NCBI GenBank assembly: GCA_965218095.1
Contig: OZ244587.1
Location: forward strand, 736,001 to 800,000
DNA: 64,000 nt
Reading direction: 5' to 3'
Source: Candidatus Poribacteria bacterium
Lineage (GTDB): Bacteria; Poribacteria; WGA-4E; PCPOR2b
Shown: positions 10,759-19,658 of the stretch, in pieces
Position numbering within the stretch: position 1 is the first letter of the stretch
Layout of the letters: each line of letters opens with the position of its first letter
The notes under the pieces: generated by a model
The model's input: only the letters and a program-made list of their open reading frames with translations
The model's database searches: none
What the model was told of the DNA's origin: nothing
Position numbers and translations under genes: made by a program

Positions 10759-10892
10759 TGTTGAAACTTCCTGATGTGAAATGAAAAGCGTAAAACGTGG
10801 TGCGTGAAACATAATTTAGTACAACCAATAAGCCCATGTTTCAGTGGATTCACATTAGTCAACAAAATGGTTGCCACATCTGGTCGGCCCCT

Positions 10893-11525
10893 CTAAGACC
10901 ACATACGCGCTGATTCATCAAACGGGAACTTTTCATTAATCAGCATCATTGGCTGTCCGTCGGCGATGATACGATACATGCGACTGATAAACATCTCATC
11001 CGCCAGATGCCCGATAGCGGGTGGCAATTCCCTGGCGTGTTCCAGCCCATACCACAGCAGTTCACGCCGGGTCTCTACCCGGCTGCGGCGCAAGAGATCG
11101 CCTAGCCCCTCGTCATCAACCTCCAAACCCTGTTTAATCACCTCTGGAAGCCGGTCCGACACAATGAGGGACATCGCGTATACATAGAGAGTAGACTTGC
11201 CTTGCAGTAGCACCTGACGGGCAATCACAGCGGTTCCTTCAGGCGCTTCAAGCCAGACGTGATCGGTGGATAGGCGTTGCGTCTCCTGGTTGAGCCGGAC
11301 AATTTCTACCGGCTCCATTGTGTAAGCTTCGATGAATTGTGTCACCGTGCCATCAATGACCAGCAAAGCACGCTGAAATGGAGTAAGCGTCCTCAGATCA
11401 ATCGCATCCAGGTACGCCGGTTTAGCAAATTGAGCGACAAAAAGATCTCTCATCTGTTTGCTGGTAAGATAGCTTGGATTAAGACGGGATGAGGTTACCT
11501 CGCCTGTACAGGTATTCGAATTCAT
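10893..11525 (-). CDS. Chorismate pyruvate-lyase family (DUF98/Rv2949c-like 4-hydroxybenzoate synthase)
   Basis: LTPFQRALLVIDGTVTQFIEAY, RQVLL, YAMSLI, GLGDLL..SRVETRRELL, SRMYRII, INEKFP. Confidence 0.8.
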   Translation of the reverse strand: MNSNTCTGEVTSSRLNPSYLTSKQMRDLFVAQFAKPAYLDAIDLRTLTPFQRALLVIDGTVTQFIEAYTMEPVEIVRLNQETQRLSTDHVWLEAPEGTAVIARQVLLQGKSTLYVYAMSLIVSDRLPEVIKQGLEVDDEGLGDLLRRSRVETRRELLWYGLEHARELPPAIGHLADEMFISRMYRIIADGQPMMLINEKFPFDESARMWS

Positions 11526-11531
11526 CGGTCT

Positions 11532-12560
11532 CTAATCCCCTGCTTTGATTTCCCCCCACAAAGCCGGGAGCTTTCCTTTGGCTTCGACCCTGAAATCTCC
11601 GGGTCCGAGGTCATATTCTTCCACAGTCAAAAGTGCAGGGCCTAAACCTGCCGCTGCCCCACCGATGACATAGATCTTCTCATTCACGACGCTCGTCGAT
11701 AAAAACACTCTTTCGGTCGGCATGTCTGCTTTCGGCGTCCATTTGTCTGTCGGTGGCTGGTATTCTTCTACGGTTGAAAGACCGGGGCCCTGCACAACCT
11801 CCGTTCCCCCAACGGCATAGATCCTTCCATTGACGACGCTGGTGGATAAAGCCGTTCTCTTGGTTGGCATATCGGACTTCTTCGTCCATGTATCCGTTGC
11901 TGGATCATATTCTTCTACCGTCGGAAGCACAGGCCCCTGCAAGGCGAAGACTCCCCCGATAAGATAGATCTTTCCGTTGACGACACTGCTAGACATGCCT
12001 GCCCTCGCCGCAACCATGTCGGCTTTTTTCGTCCACTTGTCCGCCGCGGGATGGTATTCTTCTACGGTTCGAAGCACAGGGCCAAAATTGGTTGCCGTTC
12101 CGCCAAAGGCATAAATCTTTCCGTTCACCGCACTGGTAGAAAAGAACACTCTTGCGGTTGGCATATCGGCTTTCTGGGTCCATCTGTCCGCCGCGGGATG
12201 GTATTCTTCTACAGTCGAAAGCGCCGGGCGATCGTTACTCCAGCCACCAATGACATAAATCTTTCCGTCTACCACACTGATGGATACGCCCGCCCTTGCG
12301 GTTGGCATATCGGCTTTCTGGGTCCATTTGTCCTGAGCCGGATCGTACGCTTCCACGGTCGCGAGAACACCGGCGCCCCCAACGCCGCCAATAGCATAAA
12401 TCCTTCCGTTTACCGAGGCGGTGGCGAAAAACATCTTTGCGGCCGGCATGTCGGCTTTCAGCGTCCATTTCTCCTCTGCTGCAAGACTCATTGAAGAAAA
12501 ACCCAACAACTCACTGAGCCACCATCCGAATCCGAACATCCAAACAAAATATCGTTTCAT
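11532..12560 (-). CDS. Secreted six-blade Kelch-repeat protein with short C-terminal motif
   Basis: Six repeats KIYxIGG...TVEEY.P..DKWT.KADMPT.R; start MKRYFVWMF; ends VEAKGKLPALWGEIKAGD; the ORF-track 5' extension is a separate remnant. Confidence 0.88.
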   Translation of the reverse strand: MKRYFVWMFGFGWWLSELLGFSSMSLAAEEKWTLKADMPAAKMFFATASVNGRIYAIGGVGGAGVLATVEAYDPAQDKWTQKADMPTARAGVSISVVDGKIYVIGGWSNDRPALSTVEEYHPAADRWTQKADMPTARVFFSTSAVNGKIYAFGGTATNFGPVLRTVEEYHPAADKWTKKADMVAARAGMSSSVVNGKIYLIGGVFALQGPVLPTVEEYDPATDTWTKKSDMPTKRTALSTSVVNGRIYAVGGTEVVQGPGLSTVEEYQPPTDKWTPKADMPTERVFLSTSVVNEKIYVIGGAAAGLGPALLTVEEYDLGPGDFRVEAKGKLPALWGEIKAGD

Positions 12561-12634
12561 GATAAGACTTTTCCCAATAATGATAAGGACGACATCTGTC
12601 CATGAAGAAAAGGAGATGTGAAACGTGAAGCCAG

Positions 12635-12835
12635 GATTGATTTGCCGAATACCATCAACTGTGATGGCAATGGGCGATGAATATGCGGGCACGTCTGTGT
12701 GGGAAGTCCACACTACACTGCCGCTTTGTTTGTCAAAGGCAATAATAGATTTTCCTGCCTTGTTGCCAACTTCAACCAAAAGCAGATCGTCCTCAACAAT
12801 CCGATCAAAGGGAAAAACCGATTTTTACTTTTCAT
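12635..12835 (-). pseudogene. Remnant of a further PQQ-like propeller paralog
   Basis: MKSKNRFFPLIG then, frameshifted, IVEDDLLLVEVGNKAGKSIIAFDKQSGSVVWTSHTDVPAYSSPIAITVDGIRQI, closely matching the middle of 9490..10758 and 12896..14170. Confidence 0.8.
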
Positions 12836-12895
12836 AGAAACATCCTTTTTAAATTGACGATTGTCAATCGCCGATTGCCCTGGATAAATCGGGTT

Positions 12896-14170
12896 CTACC
12901 GACTCGTCATATCTAAACAAACTATCGCCTTTTCGTTTCGGAGATAGAGTTTACCACCAGCAAGCGTCGGCGCCGTCCAGCAGAGTCCACTCAGCACTTC
13001 GGCGCTCGCGCTTTCTTTATACCCTGCAGGTGTTGCTTCAGCTAACGCCAGTTTGCCACGATCACTGAGGATAATCAAGTGACCATCAGCAAGAATTAGA
13101 GTGCCTTTCCCAAGACCGCGTGTCTTCCATTTTTCCTCGCCGGTGCTTGCCTCAATACACTTCAAGATGGAATTGTCGAAGCCATACAGATGATTTCCGT
13201 AAAGAACTGAAGAGGCAAAATGATTCTTCAGTTTGCGACTTTTCCAGATTTCTTCAACCCTTATTGTGCCTTGGTTTTCCCTGATTTGCACCCTTGCAGT
13301 GCGGTCATCATCGGGCGAGACGAAAACTCTCATCTGTAGCATGGCGGCACCCTTGTCATACCCGGAGGATATGAAGACTTTATCCGGCGGAATAAAGACC
13401 GGCGTGGCGGCGTTGATATCGTAACCGGTCTTCCACGGGTATTTCCAGTAAATTGTTCCATCGGTTGGAGAGACAGAAACCAGCTTAGTTCCTGTAAAAA
13501 AGATGATTTGTCGAATCCCCTTGACCGTAATGGCGATAGGCGATGAATATCCAAGTTTGTCTTTATGAGAACTCCATATCACATCGCCGTTTTTTTTATC
13601 AAAGGCAACGATAGATTTTTCACCCTTCCCACCGACTTCAACCAAAAGCAACTCCCCATCAACCAGCGGCGATGTGCTGAACCCCCATCTGGGCATTTCG
13701 CTTCCGAACTCTTGCTGCAAATTATGTGACCAGACCTTTTTCCCATTCTCGGCATTCAGGGCATACAGTTTGCCATGGGCACTGATTGTAAAGAGGAGAG
13801 CCCCGTCAACCGTCGGGGTTGCACGAGGCCCATTGCCACCCTGACCCTCGTAGTAATTGTTATCCGATCGGAAACGCCAAATTTCCCCCCCATCTGTGGC
13901 ATTGAGGCAAACGACAAACTCGTCGTTCCCTTTGGAGAACATGGTGTAGACCCGTCCCTGAGAAACAGAGATACCAGAAAATCCCCCTCCAAGTGGGATC
14001 TTCCAAAGCACTTTGGGACCGCTCGGGGACCACTCCTTGAGGAGTCCCATTTCATCGGAGACCCCATCGCGATTGGGGCCCCGCCATTGGGGCCATTCCG
14101 TAGCTCTGGTCGTTAAAATACTGCTGCAAAGCAACACGGACACGATTAAAAAAGTTGTGATTTTTTTCAT
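12896..14170 (-). CDS. Secreted PQQ-like beta-propeller protein (paralog of 9490..10758)
   Basis: Signal peptide, WPQWRGPNRDG, GPRATPTV, CWTAPTLAGGKLYLRN. Confidence 0.88.
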   Translation of the reverse strand: MKKITTFLIVSVLLCSSILTTRATEWPQWRGPNRDGVSDEMGLLKEWSPSGPKVLWKIPLGGGFSGISVSQGRVYTMFSKGNDEFVVCLNATDGGEIWRFRSDNNYYEGQGGNGPRATPTVDGALLFTISAHGKLYALNAENGKKVWSHNLQQEFGSEMPRWGFSTSPLVDGELLLVEVGGKGEKSIVAFDKKNGDVIWSSHKDKLGYSSPIAITVKGIRQIIFFTGTKLVSVSPTDGTIYWKYPWKTGYDINAATPVFIPPDKVFISSGYDKGAAMLQMRVFVSPDDDRTARVQIRENQGTIRVEEIWKSRKLKNHFASSVLYGNHLYGFDNSILKCIEASTGEEKWKTRGLGKGTLILADGHLIILSDRGKLALAEATPAGYKESASAEVLSGLCWTAPTLAGGKLYLRNEKAIVCLDMTSR

Positions 14171-14311
14171 TATAATCTCACGTTGGAAAAACTCTTTTTC
14201 TAAATATGACCCGAATTGTTACTTATAGGGTAGGTCGCAACTTAGGTTATATTAACAAAGATTCAATGAGCCTTGTACCTATTAGATCTATGGTCACCCC
14301 TCCGGTTCGAT

Positions 14312-15952
14312 TCAACGTCGAGGGACATCTAAAGCGATGTCCACTGGATTATCCAATTGGGTGATGAGGTCTTGTATATTAGACCCATCAAGGTTAGCAC
14401 ACTGAATCTTATTCGTACCATTGTCTATCCAATACATCTTGTCGCCGTCAACATCTAAGGCAATGCCCGCTAGAAAGGCAATACCCCCTAGCGTATCCAA
14501 TTGATTGACGATGACGAGGTCTTGTACATTGGATCCATCAAGGTTGGCACGCTGAATCTTATCCGTACGAATGGTTGTCCAATACATCTTGCCGCCGTCA
14601 ACATCTAGGGCAATGCGCTGTGCCGTATGCAATTGAGTGACGAGGTCTTGTACATTGGATCCATCAAGGTTAGCACGCTGAATCTTACCCTTACGATCGT
14701 CTATCCAATACATCTTGTCGTCGTCAACATCTAAGGCGATGCCCGATAGTTCACGCACTCCGGTGACGAGGTCTTGTACATTGGATCCATCAAGGTTGGC
14801 ACACTGAATCTTACTCTTACCACCGTCCGCCCAGTACATCTTGTCGTCGTCAACATTTAAGGCGATGTCCAATGGTACATTCAATCGAGTGATGAGGTCT
14901 TGTACATTGGATCCATCAAGGTCGGCACGCTGGATCTTATTCCTGTATGTGTCTGTCCAATAGATCATACCGCCTGTAACATCCAAGGCAATGTCCCGTG
15001 GCGTACCCGTATCCCATCGAGTGATGAGGTCTTGGACATTGGAACCATCAAGGTTGGCACGTTGAATCTTACCCGTATTCCAGTTCGCCCAGTACATCTT
15101 GCTATCTGCGACATCCAAGGCGATACCCGATAGTTTAAACACTCCGGTAACGAGGTCTTGGACATTGGATCCATCGAGGTTGGCACGTTGAATCTTATTC
15201 GTCCCCCTGTCTGTCCAATACATCTTGCCGCCGCCAACATCTAAGGCAATGCCCTGTGGCGTATCCAATCGAGTGATGAGGTCTTGGACATTGGAACCAT
15301 CAAGGTTGGCACACTGAATCTTACCTACGCCATTGTCCGTCCAGTACATCTTGCCGCCGTCAATATCTAAGGCGATGCCCGCTGGCGTATCCAATCGAGT
15401 GATGAGGCCTTGGACATTGGAACCATCAAGGTTGGCACACTGAATCTTACCTACACCATTGTCCGTCCAGTACATCTTGCTGCCGTCAACATCTAAGGCG
15501 ATACCCATTGGATTATCCAATTGAGTGACGAGGTCTTGGACATTGGAACCATCAAGGTTGGCACACTGAATATTCGTCCCCCTGTCTGTCCAATACATCT
15601 TGCCGCCGTCAACATCTAAGGCGATACCCTGTGGCGTACCTAAGAGACTGACGAGGTCTTGGACATTGGAACCATCAAGGTTAGCACGTTGAATCTTAGT
15701 TGTACCCACGTCTGTCCAATACATCTTGCCGCCGTCAACATCTAAGGCGATGCCCGCTGGATTATCCAATTGAGTGACGAGGTCTTGTACATTGGAACCA
15801 TCAAGGTTGGCACGCTGAATCTTACCTATACCACTGTCTGTCCAGTACATATGAGTTGCTGTTGGTGCGACATCCTCATCGTCCTGTCCACAACCTGAAA
15901 AAGATATTAAGCCCAAAATCAACGATGCCGTCAAAACTAAGCTTTTTTTCAT
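14312..15952 (-). CDS. Lipoprotein with 12 LDL-receptor class B (YWTD) repeats
   Basis: Lipobox FSG-C; 12 units of about 43 aa GIALDVDGGKMYWTD....KIQRANLDGSNVQDL, near-identical at DNA level. Confidence 0.92.
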   Translation of the reverse strand: MKKSLVLTASLILGLISFSGCGQDDEDVAPTATHMYWTDSGIGKIQRANLDGSNVQDLVTQLDNPAGIALDVDGGKMYWTDVGTTKIQRANLDGSNVQDLVSLLGTPQGIALDVDGGKMYWTDRGTNIQCANLDGSNVQDLVTQLDNPMGIALDVDGSKMYWTDNGVGKIQCANLDGSNVQGLITRLDTPAGIALDIDGGKMYWTDNGVGKIQCANLDGSNVQDLITRLDTPQGIALDVGGGKMYWTDRGTNKIQRANLDGSNVQDLVTGVFKLSGIALDVADSKMYWANWNTGKIQRANLDGSNVQDLITRWDTGTPRDIALDVTGGMIYWTDTYRNKIQRADLDGSNVQDLITRLNVPLDIALNVDDDKMYWADGGKSKIQCANLDGSNVQDLVTGVRELSGIALDVDDDKMYWIDDRKGKIQRANLDGSNVQDLVTQLHTAQRIALDVDGGKMYWTTIRTDKIQRANLDGSNVQDLVIVNQLDTLGGIAFLAGIALDVDGDKMYWIDNGTNKIQCANLDGSNIQDLITQLDNPVDIALDVPRR

Positions 15953-16015
15953 CGGATTTTCCTTTCTTTTGAAATGGGGTGCAATAGATATTATACCCCG
16001 ATTTCCATCCCCTTT

Positions 16016-17362
16016 TTACGTATATCGCGCATTCTGATATTTGGGAGCGTAGAACTCCGGCAACAACCCATCTACCCGGAGCAATCCCTTCCGTGTCAAC
16101 GTTACAGCATCTTTGTTAAACGTCAGCATCCCCTCATCACCCAGTCTTTGGTAGGTTGAACCAAACACCTCCAAAATATCGGTATTAAATTTATCACGAT
16201 AGTAAGCTGTCTCTATTTTTCCCAACTTTAATTGCAGTATCATCTCTCGGGTCAAACGTTCATCCGGCGTTGTAGGAAACGCACGATCCAGCGGCAACTG
16301 ATTCGCATGGAGTGAATTAACATATTCGTCCCAACTCGTCGCATTTTGGAAATGGACGCCACTCATATGAGAGAAAGAAGCAACACCCGTGCCGAGCATG
16401 TCGCTGCCACGCCAGACTGCGTCCCGATAAACGAATTTCCCCGGCTTATCCTGTTTCACCATTGTGTATACGCTCGACATCTTATATCCGGAGGCTACCA
16501 ATTGCTCAAACGCATAGTGGTGCCATTCCCGTTTCGTTTTCCAATCCGCTACAAATAGATCTTTTCCGCCAAAAATATCCTTTGAGTAAACAGTGTTGAA
16601 CGGCAATTCCATCTGATAAACGGTGATGCTGTCAGGGTTCAGATCGATGGTTCTCTCGACGGTATCCCGCCAACTTTCCCACGTTTCCCCCACCATTCCC
16701 GCGATTAAATCTATGTTGACCTGATCAAATTCGAGGGCTTTGATCCATGGAACAACCCTAAATACCTCCTTAGAGAGATGAGCTCTACCGTTTTCTGCCA
16801 GGATTGCATCATTGAGATTTTCGACACCAAGGCTCAATCGCGTGACCCCAATCTCCTTTATGGCTTTTAGCTTGGTCTGCGTCAGGGTGCCGGGTTCGCA
16901 TTCAAAAGCGACTTCTTCAGTGTTATCCCAGGGCATAGCCGCTTTAATACGCTTGGCAAGCGCCTTCAGGTGCCTGGCGCTAATGTAGGAGGGCGTCCCT
17001 CCGCCGAAATAGACAAACTTCAGTGGTCGTCCCACCACGGCTGGAAGGTCGCTGTAAAGCTCAACCTCTGTCGCCAACGCATTGAGGTAGATCTGAATAT
17101 CAGAACTGTTTTTATCGGTATAAACCCGAAAGTAACAGAACTTGCACCGTTTGCGGCAGAACGGAATATGCAGATAAACCCCTAAAGGCGCTTCCGGGGT
17201 TGGTGGGGAATTCAATGCTTTTATCGCTTCCGGGACGTATTCTTTTCCCCAGAATGAATACGGCGGATAGTTTGAAACGAACACACTTCCGATTTCCGTC
17301 TCCTTTGCATCCGTTCTTGTGGTCGCCGGTTCCGGTTTTGCTGTTTTCAATTGATTACTCAT
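16016..17362 (-). CDS. HemN-like (class C) radical SAM protein
   Basis: YLHIPFCRKRCKFC (CxxxCxxC), YFGGGTPS, RLSLGVE, NIDLIAG, LGTGVASFS, C-terminal LTRKGLL. Confidence 0.9.
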   Translation of the reverse strand: MSNQLKTAKPEPATTRTDAKETEIGSVFVSNYPPYSFWGKEYVPEAIKALNSPPTPEAPLGVYLHIPFCRKRCKFCYFRVYTDKNSSDIQIYLNALATEVELYSDLPAVVGRPLKFVYFGGGTPSYISARHLKALAKRIKAAMPWDNTEEVAFECEPGTLTQTKLKAIKEIGVTRLSLGVENLNDAILAENGRAHLSKEVFRVVPWIKALEFDQVNIDLIAGMVGETWESWRDTVERTIDLNPDSITVYQMELPFNTVYSKDIFGGKDLFVADWKTKREWHHYAFEQLVASGYKMSSVYTMVKQDKPGKFVYRDAVWRGSDMLGTGVASFSHMSGVHFQNATSWDEYVNSLHANQLPLDRAFPTTPDERLTREMILQLKLGKIETAYYRDKFNTDILEVFGSTYQRLGDEGMLTFNKDAVTLTRKGLLRVDGLLPEFYAPKYQNARYT

Positions 17363-17368
17363 ACATCT

Positions 17369-18508
17369 CTACCTTTCTCCAAAGCAGTATACACGGCCAT
17401 CATCCGAACCTATCACGAGCTTACCAGCCGCAACGCTCGGAGATGCAATGATAGATGACCCTGTTACAAATTCCCAAACCTGTTCCCCCGAATTAACGTT
17501 CAGCGCGTATATCACTCCCCCGACCGTCCCAAAGAAAACCCGCTCCCCGACAATCACTGCCGAGGAGTCTATCCGCGATTTAGCCACATAAGTCCACAGC
17601 GATTCACCCGTTTGCGGATTCAGCGCATGAACCAGTTTATCCCGCCCACCAACGATCACCAACTCCTCTGTTACGGCGGCCGAAGCGTAAAATGGAAAAT
17701 GCCGTTCCGGGTGTTGATAGTGCCAAAGAATTTCTGAGTTTTTCAGATCCATGCACAAAACCTGATTCCCAAACGTTCCGGCATAAGCACGGTTGTTCAA
17801 AACGGCAGCGCTGGCGCCGACATAGTCGCCCAGCGCTATCTGTTTTTTCTCCTGCCCATCCTTCAGGCTGATGACGCGCAGGTAGCCATCGCAGCCTGAA
17901 ATAATCACCGCGTCATTGACAACCGCCGGTGTGCCATGAACATATCCCTCAGTCTCAAATTTCCAAATCAGCGAGCCATCAGTGGTGGATAGACAGTAGA
18001 GATACTGATCATACGAGCCAAACAGCACACCATCCCCGGCAAAATTGGCGGATGAAATAATCTCGGCATCAGTTTCAAAGGTCCACCTGGGCTCGCCAGT
18101 CTGGGCATCCACCGCATGAAAAACACCCATTCCATCCCCGAAGTATACCACATTTCTAAACACAGCGGGAGACGATTTTATCTCACCAGATGCCTGATAC
18201 TTCCATTTTAGCTTACCCTCTTCAAGCTCTATAGCGTAAAGGTGTCCATCTAAAGAACCGACGTAGACCGTTCCCGCTGCAATGGCGGACGTTGACTCAA
18301 CCCCGTCTGCCGCCTCGAATGTCCACAGCAATTGGGGGGTCTCAGGGAGATTGCCGACGGCGACCCCTGTGAGTTGAGGGTTGCCGCGGAAACTGGGCCA
18401 ATCCGCCAAAGATGTCTCACTTTGTCCGGCAGGGCTGATGAAGATACAACTTAGGAAAACGTAAAACGTAATGTGTAATGCGTATTGCGTATTAATAAGC
18501 CAATTCAT
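17369..18508 (-). CDS. Secreted PQQ-like beta-propeller protein
   Basis: WPSFRGNPQLTG, regular SS.A....VY.GS.DG.LYA...G...W repeats; start uncertain. Confidence 0.85.
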   Translation of the reverse strand: MNWLINTQYALHITFYVFLSCIFISPAGQSETSLADWPSFRGNPQLTGVAVGNLPETPQLLWTFEAADGVESTSAIAAGTVYVGSLDGHLYAIELEEGKLKWKYQASGEIKSSPAVFRNVVYFGDGMGVFHAVDAQTGEPRWTFETDAEIISSANFAGDGVLFGSYDQYLYCLSTTDGSLIWKFETEGYVHGTPAVVNDAVIISGCDGYLRVISLKDGQEKKQIALGDYVGASAAVLNNRAYAGTFGNQVLCMDLKNSEILWHYQHPERHFPFYASAAVTEELVIVGGRDKLVHALNPQTGESLWTYVAKSRIDSSAVIVGERVFFGTVGGVIYALNVNSGEQVWEFVTGSSIIASPSVAAGKLVIGSDDGRVYCFGER

Positions 18509-19601
18509 AAAGTTGAAGCAATTCCATTTCGCCCACCGGTCGAGGGTTAAATTTCCCCGTCCACTGGCTGGCGGCTTCCTTTGCCAATTTGGCCAGGTTC
18601 TTCCAATTAATTTCAAAATCCCGCAGCCGTTCTGGTAGACCCGCTGCGGCTTTCAATGCGATAATCCGTTCATGGAGGGGCGAAGGGTGCAAGTCCTCAT
18701 ACAGATCGTTCACCGCTTGACTGTTAAACCGAATGACATGCGGAAGCATCAGTCCGACCGCGACACCATGCGTGATACCATATCTGGCGGTCAGGGGATT
18801 TGCACAGGCGTGTGCAGCACCGAGCATGGAGTTTTCTATCGCGGTGCCCGCCAAATGCGCCCCCAGGAGCATCTCACTTCGAGCTGCCATATTTTCCGGA
18901 TCGATTGACACAATTTCAAAGTTCTCCTCCAACAAGCGCCATGCTTCTTTGGCGAACATCTGAGAAATCGGATTTCGCAGCGTGGAGACATAGCTTTCCA
19001 CCGCATGGGAGATGGCATCAATACCTGTGGAGGCTGTCACCTGCTTCGGTGCGCTTGTGGTCAAAACCGGATCGAGAATGACGGTTCGGAATCTGGCTTT
19101 TTTGTCGCCGCACGCCATCTTCTGATGGGTACCCTCTTGAGCAATCAGCGCAAAAGACTGGGCTTCGCTGCCCGTCCCTGCTGTTGTCGGAATGCCAACG
19201 GAGGGAAGCATCGGCTGGGCAACTTTGTCCACGCCCCAATAGTCTTCCATCCGTCCACTGTTTGTCAAGATGAGGTTGATCCCTTTCGCGCAGTCCATCG
19301 CGCTCCCGCCGCCAAGCCCGATGAGCAGGTTGATGCCTCCTTGATCTTTGGCAAACCGGACGCCATCTTCGACATGCCGCGTGGTTGGATTTTCTGCGAC
19401 ACTATCGAAAACGGAGACATCAAGGCACTCCCTTTTCAGGGAATGGAGCGCCCTTTCCAGAATTCCCACCCTGACAATGCCGGAATCGGTGACGATCAGA
19501 ACCCGACATCCGCCGAGTTCTCTCGTCAAATGTCCCAATTGGTCTAAGGTATTCCCGCCGAAAATGACGCGGATGCTGGGTTGGAAATCGAATGATTGCA
19601 T
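18492..19601 (-). CDS. Iron-containing alcohol dehydrogenase
   Basis: GGGSAMDCAK, PTTAGTGSE, GIDAISHAVE, LGAAHACANPL, HGVAV. Confidence 0.93.
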   Translation of the reverse strand: MQSFDFQPSIRVIFGGNTLDQLGHLTRELGGCRVLIVTDSGIVRVGILERALHSLKRECLDVSVFDSVAENPTTRHVEDGVRFAKDQGGINLLIGLGGGSAMDCAKGINLILTNSGRMEDYWGVDKVAQPMLPSVGIPTTAGTGSEAQSFALIAQEGTHQKMACGDKKARFRTVILDPVLTTSAPKQVTASTGIDAISHAVESYVSTLRNPISQMFAKEAWRLLEENFEIVSIDPENMAARSEMLLGAHLAGTAIENSMLGAAHACANPLTARYGITHGVAVGLMLPHVIRFNSQAVNDLYEDLHPSPLHERIIALKAAAGLPERLRDFEINWKNLAKLAKEAASQWTGKFNPRPVGEMELLQLYELAY

Positions 19602-19610
19602 TTTGGAATT

Positions 19611-19637
19611 GATAATGATAATGATAATGATAATGAT
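19611..19637. repeat. (GATAAT)n microsatellite, about 4.5 units
   Basis: gataatgataatgataatgataatgat, 10 bp upstream of the ADH start. Confidence 0.8.
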
Positions 19638-19658
19638 TCAACCGCGTTGAAGTCCCGA

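Noticed and set aside
14312-15952. Regular ~129-bp DNA repeats as a CRISPR array
   Set aside because: In-frame coding repeats without unique spacers; no cas genes
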